Of a stretch of 64,000 nucleotides of DNA, positions 21,043-33,161 are shown piece by piece. The notes under the pieces are model-generated. The model did not search any database. It was given only the letters and a program-made list of their open reading frames with translations, and was not told the origin of the DNA. Location of the stretch: the NCBI GenBank assembly GCA_000708835.1, contig DF237003.1:1-64000 (forward strand), in the 5' to 3' direction. This stretch comes from Klebsormidium nitens. Taxonomy: Eukaryota; Plantae; Klebsormidiophyceae. Each line of letters opens with the position of its first letter. Positions within the stretch are counted from its first letter, which is position 1. The position numbers and the translations under genes are program-made.

Positions 21043-24000
21043 CTAGAGCACACGGAACCGGAACGATGAACAACAGCCACGGAAGGGGATTCTGAAAGGG
21101 GGAGGCGATAAGGCACGTGCGGGGAGCGGGTCAGAGGGCAATTCGAGCGTACCGGCAGATGCACAAGACGGAGCGGCTCCGGCAGAACCGAGGCGACTGG
21201 CATGTGTGAATATTGGGACGGGCGGTCTGTACTGGTGTAGGTCGTTGCAGGTTCTGGGGAGCTGGTGTGCTAGCTCACGGTGTTCGGACACGTTGGATCG
21301 AGGGGATCAGGTCTAGGTGAGGGCGAAGGTGGTCCACTCGCAAGGGAGCGCAACTATGCGGGGGCAGTTTCGGGACCTGTGGCAATGCGGCTGGCAGGTA
21401 CTCGCTGACGGTGTCAGCATGCTGTTCCAGATGAATTCAACATCTTCTCTCACCGAAGATTGGACAGTAGCGCCTTCTGCATAGGTGTCCCGTTGGGGTT
21501 GGATCGTTTAATTGAAAGGGATGGGGCGCAACTCCTGGTTGCTCCTTCGATCCCTCCATTAGCGTGCCGCTTCTGTGGAAGGTCTCTAGGTGTTTAGTCA
21601 AGAGTCTTTCTTGAGAGCGCCTCGCACCTAAGTCTTTGCTTACTCTTTGCTTATCTAATCTTGTCAAAAGTCAATAACGAGAACATTGCAGCCATTAGCC
21701 ATGCACAGACCAAAGTAAAATGCTTGTTGTCTGATCGTGCACGCAACTGAGTCTTCGTCGTTGATAAAATAGAAAATTGAGGTTCGCTTTTGGTACCGCT
21801 GGTTGCGCAAGCCCCAGCCATTACGTTGGTAGTTTCTGCTTTTTAGGATTGCTATAGGTTTAAACTATTGCATGAGCACCTGCACGCCCTCTTGTATCAT
21901 GATATGTGGGATGATGTTGTCATGTCATGTCGCCTTGCATTGGATGGCATCAATTCTGGTACGTCGACCGGGTCTCGACTGAATCAATTCATGTTTGCAT
22001 ATATTCCTGTATGATAGACAAAGCATCGGTGACGCCAGCGCATGCATCTGTGGGAGTCGCCAGTGCTTGCATGGTGGTTCCGACTGCCCATCCATGGCTA
22101 CTGTCGTCATGAAAATGTACGTAATCAAAGCCCGCTTTCTCATGCCTTATCGAAACAGATCGACTTCCGCTAATGTGTTGTGATCAGGGTCACTGCCGTG
22201 GCACAACTTAAAGAGTCCGAATGGCACCTCCTAGCTCGGTATAGAAGTGCCGGCCGTGGGGAGCTCCTGCCACCGGTTTACATGCCGTCGAAGCAACGGA
22301 ATATATGGAACTTCGATCCGCACAGAAGGTAAGGGTAGGGGGACTCATATGCAGGGGAATTGCAAAAAGACACAATTGCTGTCATGTCGATAGCATCATG
22401 GTTTCTAATAGCAAGTTTTCAATTGAACATGTTGTTGTTCAATTGTTAACATGTTCGATCAAGGTTGAACTTTGCAGAAGTCATTTATAAAAGAACCCAG
22501 CTAGTACCCTTCGGGCGCCCTGAGAGTCGATGTTGTGAAGTGGCAGCTCATATAAGCTGCAAGCTTAAATACCTACTTTACACGTACTTGTGAACGCTTT
22601 ACGGTAATTAAATTGTACGTGCAATGAAGAGCGTGCATGCGCGGCCCGCGCGTCACAGTTAGGATGTGACTGTATGCTCTTATGCATGACGGTTGGCGGC
22701 CGCCGCGGCCGGGTGCTAGCTCAGTGGGCGGCCGCCATGCAGGCACTGCCATGAGGTACTAGTCCGGTCGGGACGCGGCCGCCAAACGGATCGACGATTC
22801 ATGAGTCGAACTTCGGAATTATTATCATTGGTCTCAGCCTGGCTGTCTGGTGCAGGGTTTCAAAGTACGGTAAGCATGATTCAGGAAATCGTCGATTTGA
22901 AAGTAGTCTGACGGACGGTCGAAACTTCTCACAAGAATCAGGAATGGGCCAAGGAATCGCAACACCTGCCCGGCCACAGAGAAGACAGCTGTCATAGGTA
23001 TCATAGGCAGCGCCTCGCGGGCATTCGACTTCCAACTTCGGGCGCTCAGCGTTGGCGCCACAACACAAAGTGACGAGCAGCGAGAAGAGGCGGGGCGCGG
23101 GAGCACTCAACAGCACGCTTTGAAAGCTGATTGACAGCAGGTATGTGCTCTTACCTCTTCACTTCTCATCTCGTGTAGGTTGCCATGACGCCCGTTGCGG
23201 TGTCCCCTGACACGACGACAGGGGCCCGTTCTTGGGAAGGGTTTTTCAACTGTGTTGAGAAACGTTATGACTTTGCAAGTTTGTAGGTTTGATTGTGATG
23301 GTATTGTTAGTATGAGCAGGGCATTCCTCGTTAAATCGTTGCATGCATGCATTTGGATTTTGAAGATTTTCATCTTGTGTCTATTGGAATGCAGAATTGA
23401 AACAAGCTGCTCAATGTCCATTGATTTCGACTCACTTGTATTAAGATTCCCCATCTCGTCCAAAGCGTCCTGGTCACAATCTTATTGCTCCACGGAAGTT
23501 TATCACATGTGGGCAAGAATCGATGTCCTGCTTGGCAAGTGGATGTACAGCTCTTCTGGAATGGTGCCGAATGAAGTTCTGCTCCCGGTCTATGTACCAT
23601 TCAGCTCAGGATCAGGCAGAGAAGCAGGGAGAAAGAGGTTAGAGGTTGCTTTCCTTATGAAAAGCACCCCTAAAATCGAAAGAACTACAATGCCGTGCCG
23701 ATTGCTCCTGCTTTCACACTCTATGTGTATAAACTCTTCTTACCCCCCCTCCCCCGAGTTGCGGGTTGTCTCAGCGCTGCTACATTACATTGATTGTCAG
23801 CTTTCAATGTCCATGTTTGGCCAGATATGTAGTCTGCCGGTAGTCTGCAAAGAGGGCTCTCGTTGTTTCTTGCTTCAAGGATTTGAAGACCAGAAGCACT
23901 GATGTCCTTGTTGAATGCGAAAAGCTGATGGTGACAAGCTGATCCGTACCCAACATCGCCCAATCAGTTGACCAGTCAAAAGGATATGGTTCTGACAGTC

Positions 24001-24060
24001 AACAACTTCCTCTGCAGAGCTGACTGATGAGTAAACCTGGGTCAGAACGGACGGCCGCAG

Positions 24061-25110
24061 ACCTCATCATACCGCCGCGAGTCAAGGGCCCTCCTTTTGA
24101 ACCTGACAAGCCGGGTCCTCCTGCAACGGTCCAGAGTGCAGCCACTTACATCGGGAAGGATAAGATCGCCACCGAGGCCGAGACCATTCGGCGGGTGAGC
24201 GTTTAATTGAGTCTGAGCTTTCATTCTGGTGTCTGTCTTCTGCTTCTTCTTCTCATTACAAGTCTCTAATTCCTTCTGAACCACTCTGGGCGCGATTGGT
24301 TTAGCGTGACTTGTCCTGTCTTGTTGAAGACTGCACCTCATCCCCACATCGGTGTTTGGTTTCTGGAATGCTCCCTTTCTTGCGTCGACCAAGCAGGGTG
24401 TTTGGCATCTGTTTCAGCTTGTCATGAAGTATCAATTGCTACACATCATTCCATGGGACCCCTTTACAGTGGCGCCCCTTGATGTGCCGAAATCGTTACC
24501 TTCAGCATTACAGTGGTCTCTGTAAGGCTCCAGTCTAAGCAATTGGTAGCATCCTGAAACATTGGAAGAAGCTTGATACCATCTCCCCTTTGCACATGTC
24601 TCCTGATGTCTTGATGCCCCCCTTCTTTGGAACACCTTTGGATCAGCCATACAGCTGGACGCACCTGTGCATGGAAAGTGTTTTCGAAGAAGTTTGAGAG
24701 ATTCACCGCACCTCATTGCTGACAACCCCATCGAAAGCGCTGATTACTTCTTATACTTGCCCTTCACACCTCTCACTTTTGCAGCCAAACACATAAGTTT
24801 CCTTGGAATTATTTTACTGCTCTCGCCAGTCCAATCACCCAACTCAATTCAAGGAGTCTGAAGAATGCTCTGTTTCAATTCCCAGGCTGCGGGTCGTGCA
24901 AAGAACTCGACCAACAAAGAAGAACGGCCTCAACAAGAGACGGAAGAGCATCACAAGTCAGGGGGCTTGCTTGAAGCAGTTGCGGCCGCCAGCCAGGGAA
25001 TTGCGGAATCGACACAGAGAGGGGTCGAGCGGGTGAGCAGTGTGGTCAAGGACGGAGTGAAGAGCATTCTGCGAAGCACGGGGAAAGGCGCTGACAGACG
25101 GGACTCGTAG
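24061..25110 (+). CDS. Probable coding exons of an unknown hydrophilic protein (possibly the 5' part of the 25291-26790 gene)
   Basis: 24061-24194 (cag|...CGG|gtgag; DLIIPPRVKGPPFEPDKPGPP) and 24886 onward (ccag|AAGRAKNS...) are phase-compatible; start exon and link to the downstream gene unresolved. Confidence 0.45.
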
Positions 25111-25290
25111 GCGCACATTCCGTTGAAATCAAGACGAGAACTTGTGAAACAAGCGGAGAAAGCAGAAGATAACTCAGGCCGTTTGAAGGGAACTGCTACA
25201 GAGCGGTTGGCAAAGCCAAGTCACAAGAGGTCCTTCTCTCATCAAAAAGGCCCGAAGCTCTTGGAGCCGGTAGACCGAGCCCCTCGAGCC

Positions 25291-26790
25291 ATGGCCACCG
25301 AGACCATGGTTTCCGAGTTCCGTACAGTCATCGAGGGGGATCCGGAGCCCGTGCCGGCCGAGGAGCGCGAGCGCCGCGCGGCCCTCGAGGAGGCCAAGCG
25401 CCAGAATGAGAATGGCCTGGTAGCTCTGGAGAGCACTCCCCCGGCAGGGGGCTCCGAGGTCGTGCGCAGCGCCAGCTTGGAATCGGACCCTGGGTCGCGG
25501 TCCGGGTCTTCCACCCGCTCCCTCTCGCGGTCGTCTTCTTCCAACCGGAGCAGGAAGGAGATGCTGGTGCTCAAGGGCCAGGCGGTCGGGGCGCTCCCCC
25601 GGGGGGCCAGCCAGGACGACGACGAACTGGAGGGGGTCATTGAGAGGGCGGGGATTGCCCCCTCGGAGGGGGGGGAGGTGCATGAAACTATTGTGGGCGA
25701 CAAAGACCCTGTTCCAGAACAGGAGGAGGAGCGGCGGGCCGCCGTTGCGGGGGGGCAGGAGAAGAAGGGAATGGGGGCGAAGATCAAAGAGAAAGTTGCG
25801 GGGCTGTTTGGTGGGCGCGGGGGCGAGAGGAGGGGCAGTGGTTCGGAGTCCGCCAGCGGTGGTAAGAAACACCCCGTCAGTTGTTCAGCTCTGAGTTTGC
25901 AGGAAATGCACAATGTTTTCACAATTGTCATCCTGACATCCCCTGCCCGTACAGCTGTTAGCGTTGAGGGCTTCCGTTCACTGTCTCCGATGTGGCTCGG
26001 GAATCTCATCGAGAAATCTGTATGGTTGCCCTGCTCATGCTTGCAGGTTTCTCTTGCTGTTTTCTGGACTTTGCGAGCTTCTTTTCCTGCTAGAGGCTCA
26101 TGCTTCCGTGTCTGAGTTTCTCCGTTTTCGAACTTCGCAGAAGCCGACGAGACCTCCAAGGCAGCCGACCTCGGGTCCGGCTGGACCGGTGCAGGCGCCC
26201 TGACGCAGGACGCCTCGAAAGCAAACAAGGGTGTGACGTCAGCTGCTGACTTGGCATCGGCCGGAGGCGAGCACGCGAATCCGGAGCTGGCGGACAACCA
26301 CTGGGGCCCAGCCCTCGGGTCTGGCGGAGCTGGGGTGGACGACGTGGAGGGGGTCAACGACGACGGTGTGATTCGCATCCGGGGGGGTGGCTACGACTCC
26401 GACGAGGAGCTCGAGTTCGACCCCCCCGAAGAAGGGACGACGGGCGGCGGTTTTGAGGGCGGGATGATGCGCCTGAGGGGAGGGGGAGACACCGGGGATT
26501 TGGCGAAGGAAGAGGCGGCGGCAGAGACGGTTCTCGAGGCGGGCGCGAAGAAGTCGACCGGACTTACCGCGGCAGGGGGGTCTGTTTTCAAGGCCCGGAA
26601 GGAGGAAGAGGACGACACGGATTACGATCACGGCGTCAAGGGCGTTGGCACCGGCAAGGAGCCGTCCGAGGCGCACGGTGTGAATACGAGCGAGACGGGC
26701 AAGGTGAAAGCGCCTGGGCTGGGGGGTCGGATCGTGGAGGAGCTGCAGGCGTTTACCGGGATGTTTTCGGGGAAGAAGACGGAGAAGTGA
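25291..26790 (+). CDS. Gly/Glu-rich hydrophilic, LEA/dehydrin-like protein, 2 exons, 406 aa
   Basis: GCCATGG start at 25291; exons 25291-25861 and 26141-26790 in phase; K-segment-like EKKGMGAKIKEKVAG, Ser-rich tract; true start may lie further upstream. Confidence 0.7.
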
Positions 26791-27868
26791 ATGGGCGATG
26801 ATTGGGGGCTAGAAAGCACTGGGGAAGACCTTAGGTTGAATGATTGATTGGCTGCGCATGTGAGGAGGGCCTAGTCGGGGGAGGGCGATCGAGACACCGG
26901 CCTCAGTACGTAGTGGCTAAAGCGTCATCGCAGGTAGCTTGATTCTATTGCGGCTGTACGTGCCGTGTATACTTGCTAAATTAGACAAGGGCTGTAAAGC
27001 GGTTTTGTCGTCGTTTTCATATAGGAATTGGCACGTCCATTCTAGGGCCCAGTTCTTTTCTTAGTGCTAGCTTTTGTCTTTTAAGCCAGCGGTAACACCG
27101 CCAACCTTTGTGATTACAGCAAAGGGTACTGCCTATTATAGTAAAGGGTACTGCCTAGAAACTATTGTGTGCAAGATGTTATATCCGGAATGTATTGAAT
27201 GTCTACTAGTACGCATTCAAAATCCCTCCGTGTGGATCATTGAACACTGTTCAGTGACACAGTCACATCGCGCATCCTGGCGGTGCAGCACTAGCTCGGC
27301 CGCCGGCCCGGGCGATCGATCGACAGCCTGAACGGAAGGCAAAGGCAGACCAGGCGATTCACCATCATGGCATGCCGCTGCCCTTGAACATGTGTGGAAT
27401 TCACTGGCATCGATCAGGCTAGCTGCCGGATCTGAAAGCGTCCGTGGATGTCAATCATTGAATCGATCGGACAATTAGCCTGTCGCCGAAATTAGTAATT
27501 ATGCACTTCATAATGACAAGATCATGATCGTGTATATAATCAGAATTGATCGAGCTATCCGACGTCACTACATGCGTTCGTACTTTGCGGCGATAAAACG
27601 ATAAGGTCATGCGAGCTACCGTCTATAGCCGTCAACATGTACATACACGATTCGAAATTAAAGGCGCAATTTGAAAGGCACGTCAAGCATGAAAACCAGC
27701 AACTCTGCGTTATTAGCAATTACGTGGCAAGCTGGAGTCGAGCTAGGTGCGTACCGCTTCTCACCAACCGTTTCAATTTACACGTCTGGCATGTCTGGCA
27801 CATGTGTGCAGTGCCATCGACAAGTTGACATTTTGATTGACTCCGTTAGATGACCGTTTAAGCTCAAA

Positions 27869-27898
27869 GTCAGCCTCCTAGGGGTCAGCCTCCTAGGG
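27869..27898. repeat. Perfect 15-bp tandem duplication next to a TATA-like box
   Basis: GTCAGCCTCCTAGGG x2, followed by CC and TATATAA at 27901-27907. Confidence 0.8.
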
Positions 27899-28407
27899 CC
27901 TATATAACGTCAGAAAGAATGATCGAGTCACAATCTCATAGAACGATTCGAAGGAACGTGACGGGCAAAATTACGAAAGATACAATTGGATAAGCGTTCA
28001 AAACTTCATGAAGTTTATGCAATTCCACAGTGACAGCTTTCACTGCCGTCCCCTCGATCGAATCATGCCTGGCCGTTGAAGCACTTTAAAAGTAAACTCA
28101 GCTCAAAGTGAATCACCACTTGATTGTGTGAAGTTAAACGCCGGTCCCATTTGATGCAAATAACGTCGAGGATCGCAAACCAGTTGACATGGTCAATCGT
28201 TCTGAGTTCTTCGCGGCGGCCTCGATTTTCAAGTTTGCAGATTCCTGGAACGTCTACTGTTGGGCGTATACAGTCTTTTACATTGGATGCCTAGGCTTCA
28301 GATAAGGAAGTACGTAGCGTCATAAGCGTTGTTGCAAGCCTACACCATCCAGATTGATTACGATAGTACAGTGACACCATCATCTCACTGCTGATTCCTA
28401 CGAGTCT

Positions 28408-30761
28408 TCAAAGTCTGTCTACGCTGCCCGTCCACGTCTCGTGCAGATGGGCATCAAGGTACTCGCGGATGGTACCTACGATCTCTCCCAAAGCCTCAGG
28501 ACTTCCGCGGTTCGTGTCCCAAACTCCGAGCAAACCCATCGGCCCGTACCGAGAGTCGGCATCAACCAACGCCCGGAAGAGGACATAGTGCTCGAACTTT
28601 TTGAAGTTGGGGCTCCACACAGCTTCCGTCGGGTCGCCACGAAAACCCAAACACTGTGGCCATGCTTCTAATGTTTGCAGCACTTGGTTCAGGATTGTTG
28701 TCAAATCCTCGTCGAATTCTCTGTCTCCCATGTTCTTCGGCCGATCGAGTGGCTGCGTGATCTCATGGGTTGTTCCCGACGCCAACGTGTGGCGTGCCCC
28801 AGTATGGCAGAGACTGATAGTGCTCCTCACGATGGCCTGTTTTGCTCTGCGGTGCTTACGCACTTCCACGACAAAGAACGCCACCGTGAGTCCGAAACTG
28901 AGGAGCCCTGTTGGGAGGGCCAATGCCAGTCCAAGGAGTCTCCCCAAGTCTTCCGGCTGGCGCGGATTGACTGCAAGAGGGGAAGTCTTGGCCCATGAGC
29001 TTGTAAGATTGTCAACGACGGAAGAAGTTGGAGGAATCATTGGTGATCAACTTTTGCCAAGGAGTTTGAATTCAGTTTGACAAAAAGCAATCAGTTTGTG
29101 AGCAACACCTCTTCTCAGCCAACTGGAACGAGGCGAAGTGCTGAGCAATGTTTGTGTTTCTGGATGTCATGGGCGGCAGTTTTTAGTTGCCAAGGCCTGT
29201 CAATTAAACCGGATTTCTGAGAGGACAAAGTTAATACAATATGAGAGAATCTGTTGAAAGCATGCCCTTCCAAGACTAAAGTGACGTGCATTCTGACATG
29301 TCCAGAAACATATGTGATTGGCCTTCGTCAAACAGAACCCAGCTGCCTGTTCCGAACCAGCGCAAAGCACTCAAATCTAAAATGCATATTTGTGCAGGTA
29401 TCTTGCGTATTGTTTTGGCTGTTTCTGAGCCAGAAATCACTCTCTGGAATTATCGGACAAGGCCCTGGCACAAAATTTCAGCTACACAAACTGATCCTGA
29501 GGCGTGCGCTCACCTTGAGTGGGACTGGGCGGAGGAGGACCTGGTACAAGCGACGGCGGTGGGCCGCTTACACCAGGACTTGGAGCTGGGGTAGACAAGA
29601 TGCCAGCTGGCCGGGACAAGCAAAGAGTAAGTTGGCGTCAGGTACGTTGAGAACAGAGCAGATAGAAGTGGTTTCCGCTGAGCTTAAAGCTTCCCTTGAA
29701 ACCTAGAAACTACACACCGAAGCGAGAGAACACTCTCCGGGGTAGAAAAGGCACCTTTCCTTGACTAGTCTGTATTCAAGCGAGGGCGACACCCTGTCCG
29801 AGAAGGTGCAGGAAAGGTGTAAACCGGGCAGCCGCACTCAAGGGGTTAACTAAACCTGCGCAAAGCAAGCACCATTTTGAGAAAAGGTTAGACACTTACT
29901 AGGGGGGCTGGAAGACGTGACCGGTGGTGGGGTGGAAGGGCACTGCAGCCCAGATGCCGGTTCAAAAATCAGGTCCGGGTTTCCCCTCTTTATGTACAGA
30001 CAAACGTAAGTTGCATTGTTCTTGAGCCTTGTGACAAGGGTTGAGGGGATGACACCAGTCAGAGAGTTGTTTGACAGCAGCACAGTGGAAAGCCTGTAGT
30101 TGCCAAGGGAGGAGGGTATAAGGCCGCTGAGGCTGTTGTTGCTAAGGGAAAGAGTGACTAGGTTGGGCAGATTACCCAGCTCCGTAATGACTGAGCCTGT
30201 GAGGTGGTTCTCATAAAGGAACAGCTGGCTGAGCTTGCTGAGTTTGCCAAGCTCAGCAGGGATAGGGCCGGTCAGGTTGTTTGTGGCCAGGCTTAGATAC
30301 TGAAGGTTGGTCAAGTTTCCCAGTTCAGAAGGAATGACACCCGTAATGCGGTTAGCAAACAGGTTCAGCCAGGCCAGGGCGCCCAGAGTGCCTAGCTGAG
30401 GGGGAATAGGGTCAGCAATGGCATTGTAAGAAAGGTTCAAGGACACAAGATTGTCTAACTTGCCAATCTCTGCTGGAATTGGGCCTATCAGACTATTGTG
30501 TGAGAGGTCCAGGTACTGAAGCTGTGTGAGGTTACCCAGCGCAGGAGGGATGGCTCCAAATAAGCCCCTTCCAACGAGCTCAATGCGCGTAAGGTTGCTC
30601 CATGTGCCGATCTCTGGGGGCAAGCTCCCCGGCGAGACGCCCGCCTTCAATGTCAGGTGCGTACCGTCGACCTGAAAGGCTTCGAGCGGGAGAACGACAG
30701 CCCTCGCAACCCCAACTGCAGTAAGCAGCCAAAGAAGGCCTACGCTCTGTGTCCTTCTCAT
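28408..30761 (-). CDS. LRR receptor-like protein: signal peptide, 8 plant-type extracellular LRRs, Pro/Ser stalk, TM helix, 152-aa non-kinase cytoplasmic domain; 3 exons, 505 aa
   Basis: Exons 30761-29900, 29606-29514, 28970-28408 (GT-AG, phase 1/1); IPxxLGxLxxLxxLxLxxNxLxGx repeats; TM LLGLALALPTGLLSFGLTVAFFVV followed by RKHRRAK. Confidence 0.88.
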
Positions 30762-32280
30762 CCTGCTGGAAGTTGGCGCTTTCGCAGGGAGACAAGGAGC
30801 TTCGTCTGTCCAGCGTCCTGACGACTACCCCGGCCACAATATAAAGACACAGCGGATCGGCTAGTACCCCGGGCTCATAGCCATGATCAGCATGATGCCC
30901 CTATGATGCGAAGCTAGCTGGTGAACATACTGCCAGAGCTAACGAAAGTGTCAAAGGAACACATAGCAGGCGAAAGACCGAAGGCAGAATGGGGACAGGA
31001 GCTGCGTCGCGGCCGTCAACAACAGAATGAGCAAAGTTTGCGTTTGCCAGCCGGATCCGTCTCTGACTTTGAGAAACTTGAACTCTCCTTCACCACAGAG
31101 TAGGTAGAACTTGAAGTGGCCGGTGATGATTATGAACCGGATCCAATCCAAGTTTCGAGACCCTCAGGCTCCGGCTGACATGGAATGTTTGAGGGGTTGC
31201 CCACATTTCCTTTCCGACCGGACCCGACATTTAATACATATGCCCCGGAGCGACCGAGATCTGCATGCGCCCAAACCCGGCCGGATCAGGCGTCTCGATC
31301 GAACCCTGTACTCGCCTATGAGGGTGGCAACCTAATACCCGGTACTAGTCGTTGAATCTCGCCGGCGGCACGAAAATGGGCAGACTACCGAGTGACTTTG
31401 GTCGGGTTAGGTCGGGGGTTAGGGTGGAGGAGGGCGACTCGCGAGTTGCATCCCCGGAGGTCAGAAAGCCCCCCGGGGAATATCTCTTCCGCATAAAGTC
31501 CGGTTCAATTGAATGGTACTCTTACTACCGTACTACGGTATACCATATTACCATCTACTATCTAGTATCTAGGTACCATCGTTGAGCATACGTACAGAAT
31601 TTTGTGCGTTCCCGTACTGCAGAGTCGCGGACGATGAAGTCCGGAAAAAGCTCGGCTATCGTACATATTACGTACTCTTTGCCCTGGCCCAGAGTCTGGG
31701 GGTCTCAGTTTTGCGCCATTTGGCAGTGCCGGGCGAACTCGCGGCTTTCACAGCATCGGATGTCCTGATATCTAGGAGTGTTTATCTAGGTAGTAGCTAC
31801 CGTACGGTACTGTCGAGGAGGGAGTGCCCAATGTCTAATGTCGTCATTGGTACCGTAGAAGTTGGTAGAACCCTAGGTATGTTACCGACGACCGTAGGTA
31901 CCGGCGTGGGCACATAGGTAGGTAAGTTAGGTAGGTAGTATACTACCTTAATATTTGCATTCGGAAAGTTGGAAATTCCAGATATTAGCAGTCAAAATTT
32001 GCTTTTTCGGAAAGGAAAAATAATTGTTAAATCCTGTTCAGAAAGTGATATCAAGCCCATATGAACCCAAGCACGTACCGGCACCCTTGATACCGGTAAG
32101 CCAGAAAAACAGGGTACCTGGGTACCTTTGAGCTCATCGGATTTAGGGTCGGATTCTGAAAAATAATACAAGAATTTTGAGCATTCGGAATCCTACCTTG
32201 GTAGTCCGATAACCTCCAAGCTAACCCCAACCGTTTCCCGGGTGCCTATGCTTGTGAACACTGGTGTCAAATGAAGTTAG

Positions 32281-32816
32281 TTAAACCACCACCCGCGATA
32301 TATAATCGGGCAAATTGAAAATGCTGACGTGGCATAATTTGCCAACGGTCGTCGAGATCGTAAAATTCAAACTGCGACCATGGGGCGCTTGATTTTGAAC
32401 ACTGAAATGGGCGCTTCCGCTTGCAACTTTAGCATCAAATTTCACCAAACCTGGCGGTGTCAAGCTTGTTCGCCAGGAACAGGCCCCGCTGGGACGCGCT
32501 CCTTTTTCCAGCTTCAAAAACCACCAAAAATGAGGCCTGGAAGCATAAGGACGATGCATTACCTTATAGAGGCTATTTTAGCTCGTTTTGAGGGCTGGAA
32601 AAAGTAGCGCCCTCTTTTGAGGCCTGTATGTGGCGACTGAGCTTGGCACCGCCAGCAAAAAGCATTATTCTGGCAGTCCAGAAGGTGCTCTAGAGCCATT
32701 TCTGCAGTGCCAAAAGCTTGCGCCCCATGAGAGAACTTGAACTTCTCTTGAGAAGTTCAAGTTCTGAGGAGCGCCGGCATCCCGGCGGCATTTATAGGTT
32801 GAGGGTGGTGGTTTAA
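32281..32816. mobile_element. Non-autonomous TIR element (MITE-like), TTAA at both ends
   Basis: TTAAACCACCACCC (32281-32294) is the perfect reverse complement of GGGTGGTGGTTTAA (32803-32816); no credible internal ORF; internal 16-bp perfect hairpin 32732-32765. Confidence 0.7.
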
Positions 32817-33161
32817 CACTTCGTAATTGCTCGAAATCCGTGCATCCGCCTGGCTAGGTAACTTATAGGATCCTACCGTAATACCTAGCTGTACCTACCT
32901 GCTCCGAGATCGGACAGTTACCACCCGTCTGTAGTACGGCCCGTCTGTTATTTCGGCAAGTGCCAAGCCTGAGACTGACTCCGACACAGCACTCCCCCCG
33001 CAGCAACTGCTTAATCTGCTGACGCCGGCACAAAACATGACACCAGAATGGTTGCGAGGAGGACTCAGAATTTGCTTTCCGCCAACTTTGAAGCTGGAAG
33101 CGGGCCTTTGAGAGCGACGAAAGCTTTCCAGTGACTGCAGCCGACCCCCTCGATCTTCACA

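Noticed and set aside
22799-23116. Minus-strand Cys-containing ORF resembling a small secreted protein
   Set aside because: GTG start; the only nearby ATG/splice solution needs a 28-nt intron; no family recognised
23195-23902. 235-aa plus-strand ORF
   Set aside because: TTG/GTG-type start, intron-like composition, no domain
25242-26378. 378-aa minus-strand ORF
   Set aside because: Antisense to the better supported spliced plus-strand gene
29286-29594. Plus-strand exon-like ORF (…WDWAEEDLVQ…)
   Set aside because: Overlaps the in-phase Pro-rich exon 29606-29514 of the LRR gene on the other strand
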